NCBI RefSeq assembly: GCF_009834535.1
Contig: NC_045697.1
Location: forward strand, 90,088,001 to 90,152,000
Reading direction: 5' to 3'
Length of the DNA stretch: 64,000 bases
Source of the DNA: Camelus ferus
Lineage: Eukaryota
Shown here piece by piece: positions 39,991 to 54,234 of the stretch. Position numbers and translations under genes: made by a program. The first letter of the stretch is position 1; each line of letters opens with the position of its first letter. The notes beneath the pieces were generated by a model that saw only the letters and a list, made by a program, of their open reading frames with translations, had not been told where the DNA came from and searched no databases.

Positions 39991-40839
39991 AGAAATCTTT
40001 CCAAAGATGACCCAGCTCTTATCACGTCACAGCCCAAGGAGCAAAGCTTCCTAAATCTCAGGCAAATCTTCCTTCCCCCAAAATAGATTTGTCTTTCCAT
40101 ACTACACTGTCCATGTGACTCCCCCCTGAGTTCAAAAGCTAAGACACAACTCAGCATGCTGGGCTTTCAGGGGTTTCCTTTGAGCAAAAACATTCAGGAT
40201 TTTGAGCTCCATGGTATATCTTGCCTAGAGCTCAAATATTAGAAAAGAAGAGAAGAAACAACATTGTTAAGGTATCTGACAAAATTTTACATATGCCAGC
40301 TGTGAAAACAGTACATGCCACCTTCTAAAGGACATACATCTGTGTACATTCCTTGGAATGATGCTGGATCATTTGATAATATAATTTCTCAATTGGCTCA
40401 AATATATCTGAAGTACCTGTTCTATAGATTTCTAAAAATATAAATTCAAGTTCCCCTAGTTCTCATCAACAATGATAATGTAGTTTCCAAATGATTATCT
40501 CCATGAGAATTATTCTTATTGAGAAGTACTATACATTTTTCCCAATAATAAATGGATTGACAGTTCTTTTAAGTCTTGAACTGTCCCCTCTCTCTTTTAA
40601 TGTATGTTGGTGATACTTGGTAGCTCTCTCAAAAACTGTTTTGGTCTCTCGATCTTTACCTATCAGAATGCACTTAACTCCATCTGGCAAAAGCCACACT
40701 ACAATTCTTTTTGAGATATGACTCTTTCTCTAAACTTCACAAAGGCAGTGGTTATGATTTCGCTTGAGGAGAGTGGTGTAATGAGAGGGAAGGAAACAGC
40801 TGAAAGACTTGAAGGAAGCATACAAGGTTTAAGTCAGAT

Positions 40840-42700
40840 GAATCAAATAACATGATCTCTCTTTTTTTAATGTAATCTGAATACTCACCTTTTAGTGGGA
40901 GAATGTAATCTTTTAATGTGATTATAACTATAATGTGATTATGACTATATATTTTAATATATTTGGTCTTGTTCCTTCTATCTTTTTTTTTTTTTTAAGT
41001 AAACCATGCCTCTGGTTGCCTTTAATGTATCTTTCTTGCTGTTGTTGGGTTGATTAAACCTTCTCATTTCATTCTTTTCCTTTGGTGATTTGAGTGATAT
41101 GTATATTCTGCTCAGTCTTCCAATATTTCTCCTCACGTTTGTAACATGAATGTTCAAACATTCTAGCAATGTATAGCTCCAAAAACAGTACCTGAAAAAT
41201 AGTATGTGCCAAATAAATCCTTTTTTAAGTAAGTATGACTATAGTTTTAACATTATATAAGCAATTTACTATTATTTACCATCATTATTTCTGGTACTCC
41301 ACATCTTTCCCTTTTATTTTTTTTTATTTCACTTTGCTTTAATAACTTTTTAGTACTTCTTTTAGAATGTTCTTGCAGTTAGTAAACATTACGGCCTTTC
41401 CAAATCTCAAAAATGTATAAATTTCAAATTCCTATCCCTGTAAATTGTGAATTAGCTTAGGAATATATAGAATTGTGGACCTAAAATTATTTCCCCTGTA
41501 AACTCTGAAAGTATTTCTTCATGTCCTTGTAGTCCCCAATGTTGCCAATGAAGTAGTCTAATGTTAATCTGATTTCCATTCCTCATAAGAAATATATTTT
41601 TTAACTTTCTGAGTCTTTACAGTTGTATCTTTTTCCTTAGTTTTGTAATTTCACTACAATATATTTATTTGTATATGGGTATTTTATCATTCACCTAGCT
41701 CAGCACTCACAGGCCATCTGAAGGCTCATTGTCTATCTTCATCCCTGGAAATTATTTTCTATCATTTCTTTAATTATTTCTAATTCTCAGAAATTTCCAT
41801 AACATTGATACTTAAACTGCTTATCTCTTTTCTTTCATATATTCCATTTATTTGCCCATTTATGCTATATTCTAGAATTATTTTGCTTAAACTTGCAGCT
41901 CATTAATTCATGCTTGAGTTATACAAACCTACTATTAAATTTATTCAATTACTTATCAATTATATTATTTTTTATCTCCAAGATGTCTTGTTTCACAGGT
42001 AAGATACAGTCTCTCATCCCACTGGGAAAATTATTTATACTTATTTCAAAGCCTTTTCTTGCATGTTTCATTGGCTCTATTTTATCAGGCATTATGTTTA
42101 TTTAATTCATTGCCTTTAATTCATGGTGATTCTCAGTTTTATGCTTATGATTACATATTTACCACGGTTCTTCCAACATGGGAAAGTACAGGACAAACTA
42201 CCCAACCAGGAAGTACCAGCAAGTCATTTTACAGGAATAGAGGCTTTATACCCTACCTGGGTATCATAAGTTACCAAGGTCCAGCCCTCCTCTCTGACTC
42301 AAATCTTCATACTCACTATTCTGGAAAAAAGTATCAGTGGCTTAGAACTCTGGAATCAATTGTGGAGCAATTCACCTGATTATGTCAGTTTGACACCCCA
42401 ATTAACTGCTGTGACTTTCCTCAGGGACCCCTGTGTCCCTCGAATAGAAAGTCCTTAAGTTTATAGGTCCCTTAGAGATTTCCCCATATATTTTGCACCA
42501 TCCTATTGTGCACTTTGAGGGCTACAGTTTCCTCAGTCAACTGATTTCATATGTTAAAATATAGTCATTCTCTTTACTTCATGAAGTTATTATGGATTTA
42601 TTATTTTTAAATACTAAAATATTCTCTTTAACTTAAGGCTTTGAGGTGGAGGGGAAAACAGGAGCATGTGCTCATTTTTCCATCTTGATTCAGTCTCCTC
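40840..42700 (-). mobile_element. Very old L1M/HAL1-type element, 5' UTR/ORF1 region
   Basis: T-rich strand with ORF1-like landmarks (cccaatgttgccaatgaagtagtctaatgttaatctgatt; tcttcatccctggaaattatttt) and an L1M-type 5' terminus gcatgtgctcatttttccatcttgattc. Confidence 0.65.
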
Positions 42701-45700
42701 TACAGTCTCACTTAAGTTTATACTATCAGCATACTAATTTTATTAATTGTCTTTAACAGATTGTACTAAGATAAACTTTAGATCCACCCAGGTCAAAATA
42801 ACACAAACTATGAATCAGTAGAGTTTAAGTGGATGAGGTTTTACTGCTAATTATTGAGGCTTTGTCTATACAACACCCAAACAAAACTGTCAACTCAAGG
42901 GAAAAACAAAATCAGTTGAGCTGATTTTGAGACACTGCTTTTATTTTAAATAGTTGCAATAGTGCCATGTAGACACAGACTGAGTTGCACTTGACCTATG
43001 AAGTAACTGAAGCAATTAGAGATTATGTGATGTTGTTCAGATAACACAGCCAAGTAGCCATGTGGTCAAGAATAGCCCCCAATGAGTACTTGCCCTCTGA
43101 AAATTCTTTTGGATTTCTTTTTCAGCTCTTTCAATCAATTTATGACTTTGTGGGGAGAGCCAAGAAAATGCATCATACACCACCCTGTGAACTAAGGAAC
43201 ATTTAGTTCACGTACCCTCTAGCTCTTGCACTAACAAGCAGCAGTAACACCATAGCAGAAATTATCTCCAATCACATTAATTCTCCTTAATATGTAACAT
43301 GTGGCCAGGCAATGTGACCCTTCCAAAGCTGTGTTTTCTAGAACACTGTGCTTATTAAACTCTTCTCTAAGAACATGTTATGAATAATCAATGACAATCT
43401 GCTTCTCATCCCCCTTAAAAAAATGCTCAAACTGTAGAATACCGTCTTAGCCAGAAATGTTTCTCCACTTTAAAACTATTACACAAAGATGAGTTTTCAT
43501 TATTTGTGATCATATCTTCAGTTTTGAAAGCTAAAAAGTAAAAATGTATTTGAAAAATAATGCTTCTGGTCTGGTGTAGTGGACATCTGCAGTTTCAACA
43601 TCTGATCTAGAGGCAGAATCTCAGCATGGACAGAAAGGGAATATTCTCAGAGTCAATTAGATACATCAGAATTTCTCATGAAAAGAAGCAATTCCTTCAA
43701 TAACAAAGGCTATTATTCTTCTTTCAAATTTAACAGCATGAAAGCAATCATTTTCACAGAGAATCTAGCCATATTGCTGTCATACCCACAAAATCTATTA
43801 TTATCCAGCATCCAAAGAAGAGAGCTCTTTCCCCACCAAATAATAGAACAATATACGGATTCCATCCACAAAGTTTTTCAAATTAGAAATGATTTCTTCA
43901 GAGGAACTATAGGAAGGATTTTGGAATGCAAGAGAACACATTTCAGAGAAATGAGACAGATCTGTTCCACATGGGAAAAGCCTTGTGGCACTAACAGCAT
44001 CAAGCTTGTTTGCTATAGAGAGAGCATGTTGCTACCCAACAGGATAGTAAAGCCAGGGAAAATGTAAGAATGTTGTTTCATGGACACTTTTTAAAAAATG
44101 CTCATACACTAACTTTAATCAAGTCTTACAGCCTAATTTTCTCATTTGGATCCCTGTGTGACAATAAAAAACATGTGTGAACTAAACCTCTTTTTTGGTA
44201 CATATTAGCAGTATGAGTTTGCACAGACACATGCTCCCATTTGAAATGATTTTCCTTTTGTGAATGAACACCACCACTCTGATTGGAAACCCACTTATTT
44301 TTAGTGTTTAACCCACTGGGGAGGGACCGTATCTAACTGAGTAGTGAACTACACCCTTTATAATATTGATACACGATACAGGAATAAGAGAGGAAAATGT
44401 GAACCAGATTCTCCCAGCACCTAAGTTACTCCCTCATATAAGTTAAGCAACCTTGTAAGTTCAGTCTTCCAAGAGATATTTTCCATTCTCTACCAGACAT
44501 TCTAGAAAAATGCCAAGCTTTAAAAATATTTATATCTTCTTAAGTGTTAAAGCTATATCTACAGCTATCAAACTTACTCTTAGACTATGATAGCAACTGA
44601 GGAATCTATATCAGTAAATTGTATTCAACATTCAGGTGTCCAGAAATTCTAACTTCAAATTTTCTTTTTAACATCTCTTAACGACCCTTCATGGAAGATA
44701 AAATGGTGGTATAATACTGTTCCTTCTTAAAGCCAGCCTTCTCGAGTCCATTACTTCTCTGTTTATTCAAGTTGTTTCTTCACATAAAAGTTTCATTTGA
44801 ACTTTGTATTTCTTCCTACGCACAGACAATTGAAATCTGATACCATGGCATCAGGGTCTACAGGTACTTACAGTTGATAACACTTGTACTTTACAGAGTC
44901 TGATAATATTCTCAGCTAAAGTCAAATAACCACAACAATCTCTAGGAAACAACATTTTTTGTCAGTCTCCCCTGACAAGTATATACATATGTTAGATATA
45001 TATTTTGATCCAAATTTATGTTAGTTTCCACTCCATTTTCCTCAATGCTTAATCTAGTAAACAAGCTATCTAGGGGAATTAAGTTATTTATTAATAAAGA
45101 TTCTCACTACTACAACAATCACTCCTATATGAGAGAAAATCTGGTGCTTAGGAGTTTCAAGAAAAGGCCCCCAAATGGTACCTTAGTGTCCTAACTTTAT
45201 CCAAAGTCATAAAAATCAAATTGAAATGAATACCAAAATGGGCAAATAATCATATCAAGTAAATACATATAATAATACCTATGGATCATTTCTCAAAAGA
45301 GTTTTATATGATGAGAGGTAAAATCATCACCATTTTACCACTTAGGAAAAAGAGAATGAGATTTAAGAATTGGTCTACATGATAAAACAATGGTCTACAC
45401 TGACAGACTAGAGACCAAGAGGACTAAGAGAAACAGAAGGAGTAAGAAGAGAGAGTTGATGAAAAACCTGGCCTACAGGTGAGTTTTTCTGTAAATTGGA
45501 TAAGTCCACTATGGTGTCTGGACACCACGTGGCAGACACAGCAGACAGCTGCAGCCCCCTTCTCAATTTTCAAAACACACTAGATTAACAACAGATTTTA
45601 ACATTCAGCTGGGGGCACTGTTTTCACTGTGTATTTTTTCATTATTATTATTCACCAATTCTATGAGAAAATACAAAGGAGAAAGCCTACTTTTGTTTTG

Positions 45701-46959
45701 ATGAGAATTGTTCTACTGATTATTTGAAGTTACTGGTTCCTAGAGAGGGTGATTCCAAAGTCATTTGTATACATTATTCAACAGTAAAAAGAAGCAACTA
45801 AACTAGACTTAGCTCTATGACTGCCTTAGACTCTGGTATATATATTCTTATCTAATAGGTGTATTTAGATTATTGACTAACAACAATTTTTTTTTACTGC
45901 CCATTATATTCTATAAGACTTTACTTTAAAAAGGTAAAACACAGATACGGCTTCCCCAAGCCAAAACTAAGCAGCATATTGGTTGTGGTCAGATCAGACC
46001 TCAGGGCATACAATGCAGACAGAGCTGGCAATTGTAAAGCTTCCAGTGAGGATGCTTTTCTCTGATGTGTGTGCTTTCCAGGCTTGGAAGATGATATGGG
46101 TAAACTCCTTCAGAGTGCATGAGTGTATCTCAAAGCACAGAGACCTAAGAAGCAAAATGGATAAACTTCAGGAAGGCTACGCTCTGCAGCATTACTAGAG
46201 CTCTGTAATTCCAAAATCTAAAGAGAAAATTCCAGGCAGCAGAGAGCAAAACCAATGCTCAGAAAACTGACAGCAGGTCACAGCCATTCTCACAGGCAGT
46301 CCAGTTTTAAATTCTACAGAGTCTGGACAGAACAGAGGAGAGAGAAGACACTTAAAATTGTTGAAAATATGTTTGTCTCCCACATGAGAAAGTAAGTTTG
46401 GGAAAGTGCCAAATTTTCATTCTCCAGTGAGAATAAACACAGTTATGTCCACACTTTGTCTCATGTGTTTGCAAGCTGATGAAGACGTTGAAAAACATAC
46501 CCTGTAGCTCAAAGAAGAAAAGTAAGAAGAAAAAAATTCAGTCTCATATGAAGTCCTAGATTCAGTTAGAAATATGCCAAGGACAGCCAGTTCACGACTG
46601 CTCAGAGTCCTTCAAGTGTCAGGAGAAAGAGCAGACCACAGAAAACATCGTCACTACTTGTACCTAGCAAATCAGAAGCTATTTCTTCCTAAGTCTTGGA
46701 ATTTAAAAGAATATCTCTCTAGCACTCTCCCTCTTTCCCTTCATACCATGACACGGAGAAAGTATGAACCCCGTCTCTTATTTCGGCAAAAATAAAAATA
46801 CTGACAAGGTAATTGTCCTGCGGTAGCTCCCTCTGTATAGATACAGAAACATGCATATTTTCCAAATACTGTCCTAAAAAGAAGAGTCACCAAGGATATG
46901 ACCACAGAAATTCTTCCCTGAAAGACTGTCCCTCTTTGCTGTTTACTACATTCAATAAG

Positions 46960-47215
46960 ATACCAATTTGTTTCTTCTCACTACCAGTGTCTCACTTTTC
47001 TTTTTTCCTTTCCATTTGCTGTGTTACAAACACAGATAACCTTCCTCATCAACAGACTAGTGGAACAGTCTCCTAAATAGGTATCATTAGTACCTCCTCC
47101 CTTTCAATCTAATCCTTCATATCTAGATTTGTCCTTGTACACCTCACGTATGGTCAAGCTCCATTCCCTTGCTTACAAAGCTTCAGAAGTTCCACCATAC
47201 TCCAAAATAAACAGG
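46960..47215 (+). mobile_element. L2 fragment
   Basis: aacagtctcctaaataggt...ccctttcaatctaatccttcat...ccattcccttgcttacaaagcttcag. Confidence 0.6.
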
Positions 47216-47219
47216 TACT

Positions 47220-48760
47220 AAATATAATGGAAACAGTTTATGTGAAATCTTTAGAGATGAATCTAACAAAATAAGTCCAAGATTTACATACTGAATACTA
47301 CACAAAAAAAATCCCAAGAGAAAATTTTAAAGACCTAAATAGACACACTGTGTTCACTCACTGAAAGTTTCAGTGTTGCTAAGACATCAGTTTTCTCCAA
47401 ACTGACCAATATATTTATCATATTTCCAAACAAACAGATTTTTTGTAGAAATTTACAAGCTGATTTCAAATTTTTATAGAATAGCAAAGGACACAGCATA
47501 GTTAAAATAATTTTTAAGAAGAAAATCAAAGTTGGAGGACCCATATTACCTGAATTTAATATTTATCTAAAGCTACAGCAATCAAAGCAGTGTTGATACT
47601 CTCATAAATATTAGACACACAGATCAAGAAAATGAAACGGAGAGACTAGATATGGACCCACACCGATACGGTCACTTTATTCTTGACAAATGGTGCCAAG
47701 ATATTTGATGAAGAAAGGATAATCTTTCCACAAACAGTGCTGTAACAATTGCACATTTATACGGCAAAGGGAGAAAACAAATCTTGACATTTATCTTGCA
47801 CCTTATGTAAAATTGACTCTAAATGAATTATATATCTAAAAGTACAGACTAAAACATTTTTTTTAAAACATGAAACATAAAAAGCTGATAAATGAGACCT
47901 TGCAAAAATTATGAACTTAGGCTCTTCAAAAGACAATTAAAAATTAAAACATAACCAACAGGGATAAAATATTTGCCATGTCCCATAACTGCTAAAATAA
48001 TTGAAACTAGAATATATAAAAACCTCTTACAACTTATTACTAAGAAAAATATATCTAAATAGGAAAAAGAGTTTAACAATTACCAAAGAAGAAACAGAGG
48101 GAAAAGAAGTGTATAAAATGGTACCCAACATCATTAATGATTAGGGAAATGCAAATTCAAGCCACAATGACACACTACTATCTTTCTACCAGAACAGCTT
48201 TTAAGAAAAGCTGACAAGACTAAACGCTGGTGTGGATATGGAGTGACTGGAACTCAGAAGCCTATACTGCTGGTAGGAGTGCAAAATGGTACAGCCACTC
48301 TGGAAAACAATTTGGCATTTTTTTTTTTATTAATTAAAGCATTTACTTACCTTATGACCTAATGATCCTACTCTTAGATATTTACCCAGAAAAAATAAAA
48401 ACATACATATATGTCCACATAAATACTCTTATGTGATTGTACATAATCATCACGAAATAACATGGTTGAATCTCAAATACATTATGCTAAGTAAAAGTAA
48501 CCAGACATCAAGAGCTACATACTGTATGATTTCATTTATATAACATTCTGGAAAAGATAAAACCTTAGGGGTAGACAGCAGATCATTTGTTGCTGGGGAT
48601 TGAGATTGAGAGACAGATTTTCTGCAAATGGTCACAAGGGAGATTTGAGATCTGTATCTTGCCTGAAATGGTGATGACATGATGGCTTATATTTGCCAAA
48701 ACTAATCAAACTGTACACTTAAAAGAAGTTAAGTTTTATAATATGAAACTTATGCCCCCA
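47220..48760 (+). mobile_element. Old L1 (L1MD/L1ME-like), ORF2 3' part plus 3' UTR
   Basis: aaagttggaggacccatattacctgaattt, tgctggtaggagtgcaaaatggtacagccactctggaaaac, catactgtatgatttcatttatataacattctggaaaaga. Confidence 0.88.
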
Positions 48761-49234
48761 TAAATCCAGGCCTTAAAAGTATATAAAGATTTCAAAAATA
48801 CAGACAGCAAGGCATAATTGTTTCACTTATTAATCCATTGCTATTAGGAATCTTAATCTTACCCTTTACTTCCACATTTTGGAGTGTTGGCTTTAAAGTA
48901 AAATATCTGAACTTGTTGCCTATCTATTGGAGAAAATCCTTATAATAAGTTTCTTCACAAGGATAAGAATTGATATTTTAGCTCCTACCTTGATAAAACA
49001 CTGATCAATTTTACAGAAACAACAGTTTTCAATATTCAAACATTCAATATACAAAATATTCAAAAATCATTATTTTTCTTTAAAATTCTACATGTCCTAC
49101 TAAATTCCTATAGAATCTCCAAAAAAGGTAAGGAAACTTCTCTTCCTCTTAATTTTTCAGCAATAGGGTGTATCCAATCCAAAATTACAATAAATTTATC
49201 TCACCTGCTTTTTGCTTATTTATAATTTCTCTTT

Positions 49235-50028
49235 CACTGACAAAAGAAATTGAAGATGACACAAACAGATGGAAAGATACACCCTGTCCATGAATCAGAA
49301 GAACTAATAATGTTAAAATGACTGTACTACCCAAGGGACCCTTCAGATTCAACACAATCTCTATCAAAATACCACAGAACTAGAACAAATAATTTTAAAA
49401 TTTGTACTGAAACACAAAAGACCTCAAATAGTCATAACAATCTTTAGAAAAAAGAACTGGGCTGTAGGTATTATGCTGCCTGACTTGAGATGATACAAGA
49501 AAGCTACAATAATAACCAAAACAGTATGGTACTGGTACAAAAACAGACACAGAGATTGATGGAACAGAATACAGAGCACAGAAATGAATCCATCCACTTA
49601 TGGTCAATTAATCTACAATAAAGGAGGCAAGAATATACAATGGAGAAAGGACAGTCTCTTTAATGAGTGGTGCTGGTGAAACTGGACAGTTACATGTAAA
49701 AGAATGAAATTAGAGCATTCTCTAACACTATGTACAAAAATAAACACCAAATGGATTAAAGACCTAAATGTAAAACTGGAAACCAGGAAATACCTAGAAG
49801 AAAACAGAAGGAATACTCTTTGACATAAATTGTAGCAATACTATTTATGGATCTGTCTCCTAAAGCAAAGGAAGTAAGAACAAAATTTTAAAAATGGAAC
49901 CTAATTAAACTTTAAAGCTTTTACACAGCAAAGGAAACCATCAACAGAATGAAAAGAAAACCTCTTGAAGTGTTAGAAAATATTTCCAAATGATAAGACT
50001 GATAAGGGATTGATAGCCAAAATACATG
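49235..50028 (+). mobile_element. L1 ORF2 internal fragment without 3' UTR or poly(A)
   Basis: aagaaattgaagatgacacaaacagatggaaagatacaccctg...aaaacagtatggtactggtacaaaaacagacac...aaatggattaaagacctaaatgtaa. Confidence 0.92.
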
Positions 50029-50391
50029 ATTACTCATTGATTCAATAGTTTGTTATACTAACTTTTCTGTAGAGTGAGACATATCTAATATTTCTGGGAG
50101 ATGAAAGCAACAATGGGAACTCTAAAGTCACTTTCTGATTTTGTGTTATGTTACTGAGAAAATAAAGAATGTACTCAAAGAGACTCACCAAAAATGCTTT
50201 CCAACTCAGTGAAACTTAAACTCAATGGTTTTGCCAATAAAGATTTATCTGTAAAATAAATAAGCAATTTATCCCCACCAGCTTCATAACATCCATTATA
50301 CGTTTATGTTTGGACTTTTATATAACACATTCATTAAAGGAAAATTACACCTTCATTTCTACAAAATGTGTTTTACTAGTTCATAAAGCAA

Positions 50392-50635
50392 AAATAATAG
50401 CTCATGTTTTTGAATGTTTACTATGTGTTAGCTAAGCATTGTTCCAAGTACTTTAATTTATTCTTCATAAAAATCTGAGGCAGATATTACTGTTATCCTC
50501 ATTTTAGGGAAATATAGGACATGGAAGCACAGAGTATTTAGGCCATTTGCCCAAGATCACATAGCTTTTGAGTGGAGGAGCCAGAATCTGAACAAAGACA
50601 ATTATGGCACCTGAACTCTCACTCATAACTTCGTT
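50392..50635 (-). mobile_element. MIR SINE
   Basis: aataatagctcatgtttttgaatgtttactatgtg...tttgcccaagatcacatagcttttgagtggaggagccagaatctgaac. Confidence 0.85.
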
Positions 50636-53034
50636 TCAACAGTGCCTCTCAATGAGAAAGCTGTTAATAAAACAAAACATGTCTGCTTAAAAACAAATAC
50701 TTAATGGACATGTATCAGGTGTTAAATGCCTTTCTGGGGACTGGGGAATGATAGTATCACATTAAATTAACAATTCTTTTAATTCATCAATTTCTAAATA
50801 AAAATTTTAAACAGCTGGGAAATGTAAGTGTGTTTTCTCTATAGATCTGCCAACAACTAGTTTGTTTCCTTAAGTCATTTATCAGAACTTTAGTTTTTTC
50901 TATCCGTGAAATGAGGTTTCTTTAAGACAGACCTTTGGAATAGTATTTATTTCATCCGATGACATTAAAGACAGCCTATACAGATTGAGAAATTCTCATA
51001 ATTCATTAAAAACTTCTTAATTTTCAGGACCTGGCATGGATTTCTCATCACCCCCCCCCCTAAATTATAGAGGTATAAAGGAAGCTATAAACATAACTAA
51101 TTTTAAATTATTTATTGTTATTTTATTCTTATCACTGACTATACACACTTGAAGAGAAGGCTATTTCAGTACAATTTTCCAATTTTTAAATCCGACTTTT
51201 AGTTATGGGTTGACTTCTCCTACTGGCTTAAACTAGAAAAGATATCTTAAAAAGAAAGAAGAAAAGAGTAGATGGAGGGAAGGATGAAGAGAAAATGGGA
51301 TAAATAGGTGAAAGGAGAAACTCAGAGCTACCTCTATTTTTTTTTTTAATTTGTTTGCTTGTTTTGATTTTCATTTGATTTCACTGATTTTCTTCAGAGG
51401 GTGAAGAGGAAGATTTGAACAGGACATGATACTTCCCTCTAAAGTTTTCCATGTGATTAAGTCAATTATCATTTTCTTCTCTTCAAACAGGAATGACTCC
51501 TTCCTAGGAAGGGCCAACACCTGTTTAGAGAGAACATCTGTTAGGCAAGAGGAAATATTGAGAGATAAGCTGCTTACTCAGACAGTTAGCACATCATGAA
51601 GAAATTATAATAAACTGAGAAATTAAGATTAGGTTCTAAGCATAATTAACAGTTCTTAAGGTGCCAAATGCTGTCATTTTTAACATATAATTAATGGGGT
51701 TGGAAGCTTCCAGTGATTGTCAGCAACTCTGGCTGATAGTAGCACAACAATCTGTTCAAAAGCATTTATTTCATAGTGGGGAACAGGTTTACCAGGTTTA
51801 GTCCTTACAAGAGAGCACATACTGAAATTCTGTCAGCTTGTATAGTTTCCAGGCACAGTCTACCACAAGTCAGGTCGCCATAAGCAGAATATGAGGGTTT
51901 TCTATTACCTGACCCCTAGGATTGGGATGCCTGCTTTAAATATATGTAAACATGTATGTATGTGTGTGTTGTAAATGCAAAGATAGTGATGGTAACAAAA
52001 ACACTGTTATTTAGATCTTTATAATTGTTTAATGTTTAACATATACGATCTTCCCTGTTCCAAAAATCCTGTGAGACAGACTGGCCACACAATCCCTTTA
52101 TTTTAAAGTAAGAAAACATCTCCAAGTGGTTAAGTGATCTGAGCCAGCTACAGGGCTTAAACATAATAAATTTAGAAATTTAATTCCATATAATGCCTTG
52201 AATACATCCACTAAAACACAAAATGGATGTCTTAGGATTCAAATTTTAACACTGGAATGGAACTTAGAAGCATTATCCAACATATTCCACACCCATAGTC
52301 CCATCCAATACACACAGATGCACACACAGGTGTGCACACACTTATTCAAGCTCTGCAGCTCTTTACCGTAATTTCTGGAAAACCTCAAGTTAGAATTCAG
52401 ATTTCTAATCTTTCCTCTATACCAGCACTATAATTTCCTTCCTTCAAAAAACCTGAAGAGAGATAAATTTAACGTCATAAACTTTTCTTTTAAAATACAT
52501 TGTGTGCTTTTCAAGCTTCAAAGTGGAAAGAGATACATTTTCTTAAAATATTAATTTCATATTTTTGTTTTGATAAACAATATTTGTTTATAAAAGGGAA
52601 TGAATAAATTCCAAGAAAAGACTATAATGCTAGTTAAGGCTAAAATTCTAGGTTTTTAATATTTCCAAGGAATTGCTCCTCCCATTCTTTACAGAAAAGA
52701 GCCTAAGGGCCGACAAAATCAAACATTAACAGAAAAGTATCCAACTTCTCCTTCAAGGTGGGCACAAAGACAACACAGGCTAATGAGTAAACTAATCCAG
52801 TTTAGGGCATGCTTCTTGCACTGATAAAGAGGTCCCTGTGTAATCTGAATCCAGTGTTACCTGATTACTCTTCCACCTAAAGTGATAGCAAACATCTGCA
52901 AAAGAATTCTGACTAGTCAATAGTTTTGTAACCATGTAACAGGTGTCCTAGACTGTCAGTAGATATCGGGACACAAAAGAAGTACAAGCTGTGGTAACTG
53001 TTCTCAGGAAGCTTGCACTCTAATTGGAAGAAAA

Positions 53035-54234
53035 CTGGAAACATACAGTCCACCAAGACTGAATCAAGAAGAAACTGACCACTTGAACTAACCGATCACT
53101 AGAAATGATATCGAATTAGCAATAAAAAACCTCCCTACAAATAAATGTCCAGGACTGGACGGCTTTACCAGGGAATTCTACCAAACATACAAAGAAGAAC
53201 TCAATCCAGTCCTTCTCAGACTCTTCCAGAAGACTGAAAAGGAGGGAATACTCCCAAACTCATTCTATGAAGCCACCATTACCCTGACACCAAAACCAGG
53301 CAAAGACACCAACAAAAAAGAGAATTACAGACCAATATCACTGTTGAGCCAAAATCCTTACCAAAATATTAGCAAATACAATCCAACAGCACATAAAAAG
53401 ATTATACATCATGATCAAGTGGGGTTCATCCCAAGGACACAAGGGTGGTTGAACACACGCAAATCAATCAATGTAATACATCACATCAACAAGAGAAAGG
53501 ACAAAAACCACATAATCATCTCAATAGACGCAGAAAAAGCTTTCGATAAAATTCAACACCCATTTATGATAAAAACTCTCACCAAAGTGGGTATAAAGGG
53601 AACGTATCTCAACATAATAAAAGCTATATATATGACAAACCTAAATAAAGTTGATTAAACTTGTACTTGTTAGGTTCTCAGTATTATAAATCAGTAAACT
53701 TAAGGGCATTAAGAGATGTTTTCATACAGCCAGCATAGTACTCAACGGTGAAAAACTCAAAAGCTTCTCACTAAAATCTGGGACAAGACAAGGATGCCCA
53801 CTATCACCACTCATATTCAACATAGTCTTGGAAGTACTAGCCACAGCAATCAAGCAAGAGAGAGAAATAAAAGGGATCCAAATTGGAAAAGAAGAGGTAA
53901 AAGTGTCACTATATGCAGATGACATGATACTATATATAGAAAACCCTAAAAGGTCCACACAAAAACTACTAGAAGTAATCGAAGAATTCAGCAAGGTAGC
54001 AGGTTACAAGATTAACATACAAAGATCAGTTGCATTTCTTTATACTAATGATGAATCAACAGGAAAAGAAAGTACAGAAACAATCCCCTTTAAAATAGCA
54101 CCCAAAGTAATAAAATATCTGGGAATAAACCTAACCAAGGAGGTGAAAGACTTATACATGGAGAACTACAAAACACTGATAAAGGAAATTAAAGAAGACT
54201 TTAAAAAATGGAAAGATATCCCATGCTCCTGGAA
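53035..54234 (+). mobile_element. Young L1 ORF2 reverse-transcriptase fragment (disrupted)
   Basis: ORF track gives [12 protein letters not shown]...[21 protein letters not shown] and [40 protein letters not shown] (YADD RT motif); frameshifted and split by an ~83-bp insert. Confidence 0.97.

Noticed and set aside
46082..46391. Plus-strand exon candidate (ctttccag|...AAA|gtaagt)
   Set aside because: All frames are closed and there is no other support; indistinguishable from a pseudo-exon
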